Positions 9,111 through 18,118 of a stretch of DNA of 62,399 nt are shown here, in pieces. The notes beneath the pieces were generated by a model. It worked only from the letters and a program-made list of their open reading frames with translations, made no database searches and was not told the origin of the DNA. The first letter of the stretch is position 1, and each line of letters starts with the position of its first letter. The DNA is taken from NCBI GenBank assembly GCA_944381825.1, contig CALWMK010000004.1, positions 1-62,399 of the forward strand, written 5' to 3'. Origin of the DNA: an uncultured Clostridia bacterium. GTDB lineage: Bacteria > Bacillota > Clostridia > Christensenellales > UBA1242. Made by a program: the position numbers and the translations under genes.

Positions 9111-10007
9111 TTAATTTTCGTCAAAAAAATCTAGCAAAAATTTGAAAATTTCAGCTTTGTTCTGCTCTATTAAAAGTGCATGTCTTTTGTTCTCATATAA
9201 TTTTAGTCTTGCACTTAGACCATGCTTTATATATACATCGTATAATTTTTTTGTGCCTTTGCCCATATCTCCAATGACATCGTCCTTCCCACTTATTATT
9301 AAGATTGGCAAATTTTTGTCTATTAAATCAAGGTTTTTATACAATTTAAGTTGATTTTTGAATAAGAATTTGTAAAAACCTGCTGAAAAAGGTGTTCCAT
9401 TAAATTCATCTAAGTAGAATTTTTTTGTTTCATCATCACTTGTTGTTATCCAACTGCCGGTTTTAAATTTTTTCTTGTAAGTGTTAAAAGATAGATTTTC
9501 AATCATTTTAGCTTCGGCATCTTTACCTTTGAAAAAACAAGTTAAATTTGCAACAGCTTTGCCAATTCTTACAATAGGTTTTTTCATATAACATGACCCC
9601 ATTAAAACGGCTTTGTCACAACATGGATTTTGTTGAAGATAGCTTTGTCCAATAAATGAGCCATATGAATGAGAAAAAAAATATAATTTTAAGTTTTCAT
9701 TTTGATTAGAATAGTCTTTTTTGAGCTTTTTTGAAAAAAATAAATGATCACATACTGTTTGAAAAAAAACATCGCCTTCTTCAACTCTGCCAACATTTTG
9801 AAATCCAGCAGTGTGACCATGAGCTCTTTCATCAAAAATAAAAACCAAATATCCATGGTCGCATAAAAACTGACAAAATTCAAAATAATTATTTGAATAT
9901 TCTTGCATACCATGCGCAATTTGCACAATGGCTTTTGGCTTTTCACATTCAAAAATATAACATTGTAATGCTTTTCCATCATAACTTTTAATTTTTTTCT
10001 TTTTCAT
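9111..10007 (-). CDS. Alpha/beta hydrolase, lysophospholipase/monoacylglycerol lipase-like
   Basis: HGMQEYSNNY and nucleophile elbow HSYGS; overlaps the glpK stop. Confidence 0.75.
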   Translation of the reverse strand: MKKKKIKSYDGKALQCYIFECEKPKAIVQIAHGMQEYSNNYFEFCQFLCDHGYLVFIFDERAHGHTAGFQNVGRVEEGDVFFQTVCDHLFFSKKLKKDYSNQNENLKLYFFSHSYGSFIGQSYLQQNPCCDKAVLMGSCYMKKPIVRIGKAVANLTCFFKGKDAEAKMIENLSFNTYKKKFKTGSWITTSDDETKKFYLDEFNGTPFSAGFYKFLFKNQLKLYKNLDLIDKNLPILIISGKDDVIGDMGKGTKKLYDVYIKHGLSARLKLYENKRHALLIEQNKAEIFKFLLDFFDEN

Positions 10008-11484
10008 CACTCCTCCAATTCAAACTTCTTGAAATTGCTTTATGCCATCGAGCCAACCTTCGCTTTTGCGTTTGCACATCAATGGTTGGAATAAAACTTT
10101 TTTTCTTTTTCCAAACATTTTTAATTGTTTCAGTTGAAGAAAACACACCTATGCCTAAAGCACACATATACACTGCACCCAAAAGGGTTGTTTCATAATT
10201 TTGAGGAATAACAATTTCAAGATTTAATAAATCACTTTGATATTGCATTAAAAAATCATTTTTGGAAACTCCACCATCACATTTGATTTGAGAAATGTTT
10301 GATATATTTTTTTTGAAAAGATTAAAAACATCAAAAGTTGAATAAGCGATTGATTCAAGCACAGCTCTCACAATATGCTCTTTTTTTGTTGCGCGATTAA
10401 TGCCAATTAAAAGACCTCTTGCATTCATGTCCCAATAGGGTGCGCCCAAACCAGTTAAAGCTGGCACAAAAACAACTCGACCACTATCTTTGGCTTTTTC
10501 AGCAAGTTCTTGTGTTTCGCTGGCGCTTTGGATTAAACCAACATCTTTAAGCCACTCAATGCAACTTCCTGCATTAAAAACGCTTCCTTCTAAAGCATAT
10601 TTAACCTTTTCTCCATTAAGTTTGTAAGCAACAGTTGAAACTAGATTTTTAACATCAACGATTTTTTCACCAGTATTGGCAAGCATAAAACACCCTGTGC
10701 CATAAGTATTTTTAATTTCGCCACACTCAAAACAAGCCTGCCCAAAAAGCGAAGATTGTTGATCTCCAATAAGTCCACATAATTTAATTTTTCTTCCACA
10801 CAATTCAATTTCATCTATAATTTGATTGTTAGAAATTACACTTGGCAATTCTTCGCGATAAATTTCAAAATATTTTAAAAGTTTGTCATCATAATCAAGC
10901 TTTTTAATGTCAAAGAGCATTGTCCTAGATGCATTTGTAACATCTGTAATAAATTTTTTTCCCTTTGTAAGTCTAAATATCAAAAAACTGTCTAAAGTTG
11001 AAAAGCAAAGATTTTTTTGTTGTCTATATAAATTCAACTCACTGTTGTTTTCAATAAGCCACTTCATTTTTGTCGCAGAAAAATAGGCATCCACAACAAG
11101 CCCAGTTGTTTTTTTTATATATTTTTTAAAATGTGCTGGAATTTCATCACACATTTTTGCAGTGCGTCTACATTGCCAACCAATCACTTTGCTCAAGCAT
11201 TTTCCAGTTTTTTTGTCAAAGCAAATTGTACTTTCTCTTTGGTTTGTAATGCCCAGTCCCAAAATCTCTCCATTTTTTGCTTCTTGGCAATTAAGCACCT
11301 TTTCTACAACAGAGATGAAAGTGTTGAAAATTTCATCTCCATCTTGTTCAACATAACCTTCATGTGGGGAATAAATTGAAAGACTTTCTTGTTCAATTTT
11401 GACAAACTCATTTTTGTCAACATCAAAAAGTCCAGCACGGCAACTTGTTGTTCCTTCATCAACCCCTATGATATATTTTGGCAT
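9988..11484 (-). CDS. glpK: Glycerol kinase
   Basis: FGGY kinase N-terminus YIIGVDEGTTSCR with full-length similarity pattern. Start set to the ATG after ggaggttaat. Confidence 0.9.
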   Translation of the reverse strand: MPKYIIGVDEGTTSCRAGLFDVDKNEFVKIEQESLSIYSPHEGYVEQDGDEIFNTFISVVEKVLNCQEAKNGEILGLGITNQRESTICFDKKTGKCLSKVIGWQCRRTAKMCDEIPAHFKKYIKKTTGLVVDAYFSATKMKWLIENNSELNLYRQQKNLCFSTLDSFLIFRLTKGKKFITDVTNASRTMLFDIKKLDYDDKLLKYFEIYREELPSVISNNQIIDEIELCGRKIKLCGLIGDQQSSLFGQACFECGEIKNTYGTGCFMLANTGEKIVDVKNLVSTVAYKLNGEKVKYALEGSVFNAGSCIEWLKDVGLIQSASETQELAEKAKDSGRVVFVPALTGLGAPYWDMNARGLLIGINRATKKEHIVRAVLESIAYSTFDVFNLFKKNISNISQIKCDGGVSKNDFLMQYQSDLLNLEIVIPQNYETTLLGAVYMCALGIGVFSSTETIKNVWKKKKSFIPTIDVQTQKRRLARWHKAISRSLNWRSDEKEKN

Positions 11485-11485
11485 A

Positions 11486-12211
11486 TTAACCTCCAAAAAT
11501 TTTAGTTTTTCGCGTTAGCAAAGTCCAAGATAAAATACTGCGTAAAAAATCTGCAACATAAGTTAAAAGTGCTGCATTGAGCAATAACTTTGCTTTTTTT
11601 ATTTCGTCATCTTCTAAAACTCTTAGTTTTTTCAACATGTCAATTGCATTTTTTGATGCCTCTTTTTCAATTGAAATTGTAAGCAATTTTACAAACAGCG
11701 CGAAACAAAAGAAAATTAGTGCCAAAATAAAACATGAAAGACATAATACCAAATTTTCATGAAGAAAAATTAAAAAGAAAATGCCTAATAAAAAAATGGG
11801 AAAGGTAAAATATCCCAATATTTTTGAAATGCGACTAAGTTTTGTTTTTTTTAACAAAACTTTAGGCTTAAAAAAATCTTGAAGTGCATGCCCCATTTCA
11901 TGTCCAGCAATGGCAAGAGCGGCGACTGAAGAATTTGAATAAATTTGTTCAGATAAAAAAATTGTTTTTTGTTTTGGCGAATAGGCATCTGTTAAAAAAC
12001 CTTGTTTTTTTCCCACCTTAACTTCACCATTTAAAAAGGCTTTTGATGACATGCTTGCAAAGTCGCTTGCCACAGTAAAAGATGAGGACATAACATTGTT
12101 TGTCTTTTTAAAAACTTCTAAAAGTTGAGAGTCTGCATAAGTTGCAATAGACAGACAAAAAATAAGAACCAATGCAAATATACCCAACAAAATGTAGATT
12201 AAAATGTCCAT
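11486..12211 (-). CDS. Membrane zinc metallopeptidase (Zn_peptidase_2-like)
   Basis: HEMGHALQ zincin motif and flanking transmembrane segments. Confidence 0.75.
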   Translation of the reverse strand: MDILIYILLGIFALVLIFCLSIATYADSQLLEVFKKTNNVMSSSFTVASDFASMSSKAFLNGEVKVGKKQGFLTDAYSPKQKTIFLSEQIYSNSSVAALAIAGHEMGHALQDFFKPKVLLKKTKLSRISKILGYFTFPIFLLGIFFLIFLHENLVLCLSCFILALIFFCFALFVKLLTISIEKEASKNAIDMLKKLRVLEDDEIKKAKLLLNAALLTYVADFLRSILSWTLLTRKTKIFGG

Positions 12212-12222
12212 TAGCGACCCTT

Positions 12223-13128
12223 TTAATTTTTGTTTTCTTCGTCACTCTCGTTTTGTTTTTCTAACAAATCTTTCTCATCAATTTGAGGTTGAGAAACATC
12301 ATTATTCTCTTGATTTTCTAAATTTTTATTTGCATCAATTCCCTCAGAAGAGGCTTTCCTTTTACCTTTCTTTTTTTCTTCCTGAGGTTTTAAAATGTTT
12401 TTAGCATTTTCCTTTTTTTGAGAGTAAAGCACCAAAGTTGTTGGACTTTGATTTTCAATTTCTCCAGCAATTTGTTGGCAAACAATTGCCTTACCCCTCA
12501 TATAATCTATGCTTCCATTATTGATTGTTTCAATCTCGCTAGAATCACAAACCTCACCAATACATCCATTATTTATTGTTCCAATATTTGCCTTATTGAG
12601 AACATAAGACACCTTACCATTCATCATTGTTGTGAGCTCAACATCATTCATTATGCCTGTAATTTCACCATTTATCATAGTTCCAATTTTTGCTTTTTCA
12701 CGCACAAACATAAATTTTCCACTATTAATTGTGGCAATTTGAGTCTTTCCATCGACAAACTTAACCTCACCACCATTAAAGGTTCCAATTTTTACATTGT
12801 CTTTTAAATATTCAATAAAACAATCATTTATTGTTGTAACTTTGACCTTGTTTTTAATTATACCTATCTTTCCTCTTTTAATAAGTCCAATTTTAACATT
12901 GCCACTAACTTCGCCAATTTCTCCACTATTTAATATTTGAAGCTTGCTTTTACCACTCATTGAAATAATTTGAGTGTCTGTTGCTTCCAAAATTATTGCC
13001 TTCCCTTCAACAACAACATTTCTACAATTATTTAAAATGTGCGCTCCACTATTTAATACTAAATTATCCTCACTGTCATGAGTGGTTGGTTGAGTTATCT
13101 TTTCCTTGAACAAATCAAAAAACCCCAT
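12223..13128 (-). CDS. Beta-solenoid-like repeat protein with charged C-terminal tail
   Basis: About ten degenerate 18-20-residue repeats (xKIGTINxGxIxxV). Start set to the ATG after ggaggttttt. Confidence 0.6.
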   Translation of the reverse strand: MGFFDLFKEKITQPTTHDSEDNLVLNSGAHILNNCRNVVVEGKAIILEATDTQIISMSGKSKLQILNSGEIGEVSGNVKIGLIKRGKIGIIKNKVKVTTINDCFIEYLKDNVKIGTFNGGEVKFVDGKTQIATINSGKFMFVREKAKIGTMINGEITGIMNDVELTTMMNGKVSYVLNKANIGTINNGCIGEVCDSSEIETINNGSIDYMRGKAIVCQQIAGEIENQSPTTLVLYSQKKENAKNILKPQEEKKKGKRKASSEGIDANKNLENQENNDVSQPQIDEKDLLEKQNESDEENKN

Positions 13129-13293
13129 AAAAACCTCCAATTTTTTTTAATTGTAGCATAAAAAAATTTTTAAAGAAAATAAAACGCAAAAAAAATATTT
13201 TTTTTGCATTTTATTTATATAAATATTTGATTTAAATGAAAAATTTACAACTTTTAAATAATAATTTTGCTTAACGATTTATATTTAAATTAC

Positions 13294-13782
13294 TTACTTT
13301 ATTATTGTTATTTTTCCGATTATTGGGAGTAGGGTTTTTTCTTGACCTTGGATTGTTTTAACCACTCCATAAACTAGTTCTGCAATCACCAAAACATAAA
13401 TTATAATGCTTAAAATCCAGCCTAGAACAGAAGAAGCCAAACTTAAAAGTCCAATTGCCACTCCGAAAACTATTGAAGTCAGCAAAAGCACCAGACCTTG
13501 ATTAGCATAAAAATTTTTGTCAGGAGAATTTTTTGCGCAAATATATGGAAGAAAGAATACAAGATACGACAAAGCAAACACAAGTTTATTCTGCTCAAAA
13601 TCATTGTTTGATTTTTTTGTTTCATTTTGTTCATTTGAGTCTAAATTTTTTGATTTTGGCAAATTGGAATCTTTTTCATCCAACTCTTTTAATGTTTTAT
13701 CCACCATTTTATCAATTTGTTTGTCGATTATTTCATCGATTTTTTCATCAACTTTTTTCCTAATTGTTGGTTTTAAAGGCAT
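13294..13782 (-). CDS. DUF4870-like membrane protein with charged N-terminal region
   Basis: FALSYLVFFLPYI...NQGLVLLL transmembrane core. Start set to the ATG preceded by ggagggtaaa. Confidence 0.6.
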   Translation of the reverse strand: MPLKPTIRKKVDEKIDEIIDKQIDKMVDKTLKELDEKDSNLPKSKNLDSNEQNETKKSNNDFEQNKLVFALSYLVFFLPYICAKNSPDKNFYANQGLVLLLTSIVFGVAIGLLSLASSVLGWILSIIIYVLVIAELVYGVVKTIQGQEKTLLPIIGKITIIK

Positions 13783-13964
13783 TTTACCCTCCATTAATTT
13801 TAGTATATCAAACCAATTTAAAATATGCAAATGATAGATCAAATTTTATAAACAACATGAAATTCTGAATGGTTTTAATCGCCCAACAATTTGGCATATG
13901 TAAGATTCGCTTTTTATGAGAAACTCATATCAAGCGAATAATTTTTCAATAAAAATTGTGTAAT

Positions 13965-14201
13965 TTAACGGCAACAATTATTATTATCGTCATCACAACA
14001 AATTATAAATGGGATAGGAAAACATTGGCAATTTCCTCTCCAATTGTTGTGGTCATTTCTTATCTCTCTGTCAAAGCCATCATTACAACAAAAATTTTGT
14101 CTACATGGATTACAATTGTTCCAATTTTGTTCCCAATTCCAATTGTTTCTTTTGTGTTCACAGCCACAATTACGATTAAAACAACCAAAGTTAAAAAACA
14201 T
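13965..14201 (-). CDS. 78-aa cysteine/asparagine/tryptophan-rich protein (13 Cys), function unknown
   Basis: Strong RBS aaaggagaaaaagtt-ATG; 13 Cys including three CC pairs; NWNWEQNWNN tract. Confidence 0.6.
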   Translation of the reverse strand: MFFNFGCFNRNCGCEHKRNNWNWEQNWNNCNPCRQNFCCNDGFDREIRNDHNNWRGNCQCFPIPFIICCDDDNNNCCR

Positions 14202-14345
14202 AACTTTTTCTCCTTTTAATTAATTTTAGGCAAATTTGCCTCATTTCAATATATGTAAAAAAAAGAAAAGATGTCATGTTAAAAAACAGCGGTTATTTTT
14301 TTTATATAATCACTGCTTTGGCTTATAAAATTATAATAAATGTGT

Positions 14346-14882
14346 TTAAGACATCCTTATTAAAGTTACATTGACCTTTTCAACATTGAGATGTTCATTT
14401 GAAGTGTTTGTTAGATAAATATAACTTGCATCTGGAACCGATGTAAAAAAAGTGTTTGAAATGTGGGTTAATGAACCTGTTTTGCTTGAACTTATGATAC
14501 TATTTTGATCTACATTATTTCCAATTTTAATGCCTAATGAAATTGGATCTGCATTCCCAGAGATGTTTGCCGCAAAATCTATTTTATATAAACCTCCAAG
14601 TATTGTTGTGTCTTGACCGGAATTTTGATAGGCAATATTTGTTGTTGTATGTATTAAATTTAATGATAAATCTTGTGAGGGAGCCAAACTTCCATTAGAT
14701 GTCAAGTGAGCACCAGATGTTGCACCAGTATTTGTTATGATATTTGAATAGTTGCAAGAATTGACATTATCCGCCACCACTGGATTTGGATAGTTGCCTA
14801 TACAGTTGTTGTTACAAGTTTTGCATCCACAAGAAGAAAGACAGGTTCCACAAGTAGAACAAGAATTATTTCTACAAATCAT
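14346..14882 (-). CDS. Protein with an N-terminal Cys cluster (8 Cys in the first 27 aa) and a Ser/Thr/Asn-rich beta-type C-terminal domain
   Basis: MICRNNSCSTCGTCLSSCGCKTCNNNC... Start set to the ATG after ggagtgttt. Confidence 0.65.
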   Translation of the reverse strand: MICRNNSCSTCGTCLSSCGCKTCNNNCIGNYPNPVVADNVNSCNYSNIITNTGATSGAHLTSNGSLAPSQDLSLNLIHTTTNIAYQNSGQDTTILGGLYKIDFAANISGNADPISLGIKIGNNVDQNSIISSSKTGSLTHISNTFFTSVPDASYIYLTNTSNEHLNVEKVNVTLIRMS

Positions 14883-14899
14883 AAACACTCCAAAATTAA

Positions 14900-14923
14900 A
14901 AGATTAGGTTAAAACCTAATCTT
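14900..14923 (-). promoter_or_regulatory. 5'-UTR stem-loop just upstream of the RBS of the 14346-14882 gene
   Basis: aagattaggt-taaa-acctaatctt, a 10-bp perfect stem ending 8 nt from the GGAG. Confidence 0.4.
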
Positions 14924-15090
14924 AAAGCTTTATGCTTAGCAAACTGCAAAACAAAATTTTATAAAAATTATAATACCTTAAAAAATTTTTTAAAAAGATT
15001 TATAGGAGGTAAAAACAAATTAATATAGTTTTGCAGAATGAGATTAGGTTTGATGACCCAATCTCATATATGTCAAACTATTTTTTTTTG

Positions 15091-16461
15091 TTACATAAGT
15101 TTATTCCCGTCATTTGTTTTTATTACTCTTAGTACATTTTCTAAATTACCATTTTCACTGTTAAAATAGAAGTAATATAAATCTGAATTTTTATAACATG
15201 TAAGTTCATAGCAAAGAATTTCACTATATTCAATTGGTGCCAATGCCTTTTTTGTTGAAATTAGTGTAAATTCTTTTTGCAGTTTATCTTGAACTTGTTG
15301 GGAAGAAATTTTAAATTCTGAAAGTTTTCTTTGTGTATGATTAGTATAATAACTTGTGGCTTCATAACCAAGTATCGCTCCGCCACCCAAATCAACTTTA
15401 ATTTTTATTAAATCTGGATATAAAATTACAGAATTTTCAATAGGCGCAAAATTTAAATATGCATTGCCACCAATAATATCACTCCAAACACATTCAACAT
15501 CATTAACACCTGTTTCGGCAATAAATTCTTTTGCAATTGAAATTGCATCTTCTTTTGACATTGAGATGTTTTTATTATCTGCAAAAGAACTCATGGTAAT
15601 AAGTTTTCCACCTTTTTTTGTCATTTGAGCATAACAATTTGCTTGGTTTTTTTCAAACATAAAATCATATGTCTCAAAACTTGACTTGGTTTCATTCATA
15701 AATGATATTTCTTCTGGAGCAACCTTGACAATTTGTGAAAGTTTTTGCTTCGCCTCATCCATAGAAATCATTTCGCCTGTCAAACCTTTGATATCTTTTT
15801 CTATTTGTGAATCTGCAAAAGGTCCGTCATAAATCATGGTTGGATAGTCAACATCATTAGATTTTATGGTTTGAAGAGATATGGTAAAATCATTATAGTC
15901 ACCTTTAAGAGATAAAGAGTTTGACAAAATACCATAGCCATCTTTCATATCATTTGTCATTTCGCCAATACTGTTTTTCATTTCAACAATAGACGAATGA
16001 AGTTTTCTCAGAGTTGTTTTATCTGAAGAAGAAAGAGTTTCTCCACGAGAAAGCTTTTTAGAAAGTGTATTGGTGTAACCGCCAACTTGATTTATGAACT
16101 TTAGGCTTTCCTCAAGACCATTGATGGAAACGGGCAAATTGTTAAGTTTATCCTCTGCTTCTGAAACATTCTTTGAAACTTCCGAAAGTAATTTTTGTGC
16201 ATAATTAGAATCATTTGTAGAAAGCGCTTTGCTAAGTTTTACTTCGGCATTATTAATGTTATCTGCAAAATCATAATAGGATTTTTGATACATATTTTCC
16301 AGCCTCATAGCATGATTATTTGCATTTTGATTTGAAAAGTATAATAATGTGCCAAGACCTAAAACCGTTCCTCCTAGTATGCTACATGTTACTATCCAGC
16401 CCACTGGAGCTCTTCTTCTTTTTGTTTTATCATTTTTTTGAACTGTTTTTTTGTTTTCCAT
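15091..16461 (-). CDS. ypeB: Germination protein YpeB
   Basis: N-terminal transmembrane segment and PepSY-type C-terminal repeats; lies immediately downstream of sleB as in Bacillus/Clostridia. Confidence 0.8.
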   Translation of the reverse strand: MENKKTVQKNDKTKRRRAPVGWIVTCSILGGTVLGLGTLLYFSNQNANNHAMRLENMYQKSYYDFADNINNAEVKLSKALSTNDSNYAQKLLSEVSKNVSEAEDKLNNLPVSINGLEESLKFINQVGGYTNTLSKKLSRGETLSSSDKTTLRKLHSSIVEMKNSIGEMTNDMKDGYGILSNSLSLKGDYNDFTISLQTIKSNDVDYPTMIYDGPFADSQIEKDIKGLTGEMISMDEAKQKLSQIVKVAPEEISFMNETKSSFETYDFMFEKNQANCYAQMTKKGGKLITMSSFADNKNISMSKEDAISIAKEFIAETGVNDVECVWSDIIGGNAYLNFAPIENSVILYPDLIKIKVDLGGGAILGYEATSYYTNHTQRKLSEFKISSQQVQDKLQKEFTLISTKKALAPIEYSEILCYELTCYKNSDLYYFYFNSENGNLENVLRVIKTNDGNKLM

Positions 16462-16478
16462 AATCTATTCCTTTTAAT

Positions 16479-17162
16479 CTATTTAGCGAATACATGTTTT
16501 CCAATTGTTGTAACCACTTCTCGCGAGAATATCCATTGACTTGTTGCAGTTTCTGGATTGTAATAATAAATGCAACCATAGGTTGGATCCCAACCGTTTA
16601 GTGCATCTTGTGCGGCTGAATAAGCGGTTTGGTCAGGCTCAAGGTTAATTTGGCCATCGTAAACAGCTGTAAAAGCCCAAGGTTGATAAACCACTCCTGC
16701 TATTGTGTTTGGAAAACTAGGATGTTCGACCCTGTTTAAAATAACTGCAGCGACCGCCACTTGTCCCACATAACTTTCACCTCTTGCCTCTGCATAAACA
16801 CACTTTGCCAAAAGATACAAATCGGAATTGTTTTGACTAGAATAATTATCCGACAATCCTAACATTGCAAGGGTTTGAGGTCCTAGGTATCCCTCTGCAT
16901 TTAAACCATAATCGCTTTGAAATTTTATTACAGCTGCACGAGTTAGTGGACCATAATTTCCAGTTATGGGTCCATCGTAATATCCAAGCTCTTTAAGACG
17001 CTGTTGAACAGCTTGAATTTGACTTGCAGTTTGAGCGGTTACCACATTTTGGTTTGAAGATAATTGAGGTGTAGAAAGTTTTTTCATGCCCAAAGATAAA
17101 ATTGTCCCAAAGCTCAACATAAACGCAAGTGGTATAGCTAACAATAATTGCCATTTTTTCAT
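16479..17162 (-). CDS. sleB: Spore cortex-lytic enzyme SleB
   Basis: Signal peptide, PG_binding_1 repeat (LKELGYYDGPITGNYGPLTRAAVIKFQ) and Hydrolase_2 domain (AEARGE...AVAAVILNR). Confidence 0.85.
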   Translation of the reverse strand: MKKWQLLLAIPLAFMLSFGTILSLGMKKLSTPQLSSNQNVVTAQTASQIQAVQQRLKELGYYDGPITGNYGPLTRAAVIKFQSDYGLNAEGYLGPQTLAMLGLSDNYSSQNNSDLYLLAKCVYAEARGESYVGQVAVAAVILNRVEHPSFPNTIAGVVYQPWAFTAVYDGQINLEPDQTAYSAAQDALNGWDPTYGCIYYYNPETATSQWIFSREVVTTIGKHVFAK

Positions 17163-17499
17163 TTATTTTCTCCTTTTTTGTAGTTATTTTAAGCAAGAGA
17201 AAAAAAAATATACAAAAATGTAAAATAGAAAGCAAAAAAAGCTTATAAAACAAAAAATTTTATAATTAAAAACAAATAAAAAAAAGCTTATTTTAATAAT
17301 CTTTTCGATTTAATTCTAAAACAAAATGCCTACTTCATCGACTTTTCGTGTTCGCACCCTTTCCATAAAGCCCACAAGAATGATGGATTTTTGACAAGCA
17401 TTGTTAGCTCTTTCATACAAAACTTAATGAAATATTTTCCGAATAAGAAAGAACCACCCAGCAAATGCTGAGCAGTTTTAAATTAAAATAATAAAATTA

Positions 17500-18021
17500 T
17501 TATCGCGTGACAATTTTCCCGCAAGCAATTTTAACTCCAGAGTCACCAGAAGGCTGAGAGACAAAATCATCTCGTTGTAAATGAATTACTACAACCTTTC
17601 CCAAAATTTGAGAAAGGGTAAATCGGTCTGTCCAATAGGCGTAAACAGCATTACCATTGCGCCCAGCAAATAATGGTTCCAAATCTCCAGTGTGCGCTGG
17701 ATGTTCACAAGAGTTTAAATTTAAGTGTTCCTTTGCATTTTTAAATTGGTCGTTTTCGTCGCCAGTGCACTCCTCACCTTGGTGAATATGCATGGCAAAA
17801 ATATTTTCAGCACAAACCTCTTGACTCACAGGTAGATTTTTTATATTTGCAAAAACAACAACTCCATTTTGAACCCTATAAAAAGAAACCCTTCCTCTAA
17901 CATTTTCATAACCATTTCCTCCTTTAACTTCTGCCCATGCAAATGGTCTGGAGGCAATAATATTTAAAAACTCATTCTCATCTTCATTTTGAACATTGTA
18001 TCTATTAAAAAACATAATCAA
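17500..18021 (-). CDS. Cu/Zn superoxide dismutase family protein with no obvious signal peptide
   Basis: MHIHQGEEC, HPAHTGDL and VVVIHLQRDD metal-ligand motifs. Confidence 0.7.
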   Translation of the reverse strand: MIMFFNRYNVQNEDENEFLNIIASRPFAWAEVKGGNGYENVRGRVSFYRVQNGVVVFANIKNLPVSQEVCAENIFAMHIHQGEECTGDENDQFKNAKEHLNLNSCEHPAHTGDLEPLFAGRNGNAVYAYWTDRFTLSQILGKVVVIHLQRDDFVSQPSGDSGVKIACGKIVTR

Positions 18022-18118
18022 TCTCCTTCATGGCAATATTTATGAAAAAGCGATTGATTATGTTCAAAACTAATATAAAACTTATATTTAACACATCTTA
18101 TCTTTGTTCTTAATTAAA

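Noticed and set aside
13186-13207. gcaaaaaaaa-ta-ttttttttgc hairpin as a terminator for the DUF4870 gene
   Set aside because: Apart from the terminal GC pairs, the stem is entirely A-U, so stability is doubtful and the call is not well supported.
13956-14219. 87-aa hydrophobic plus-strand ORF opposite the Cys-rich gene
   Set aside because: It has no RBS, whereas the minus-strand ORF has aaaggag at ideal spacing. The hydrophobic Ile/Thr-rich sequence is what antisense to an Asn/Cys-rich coding region would give.
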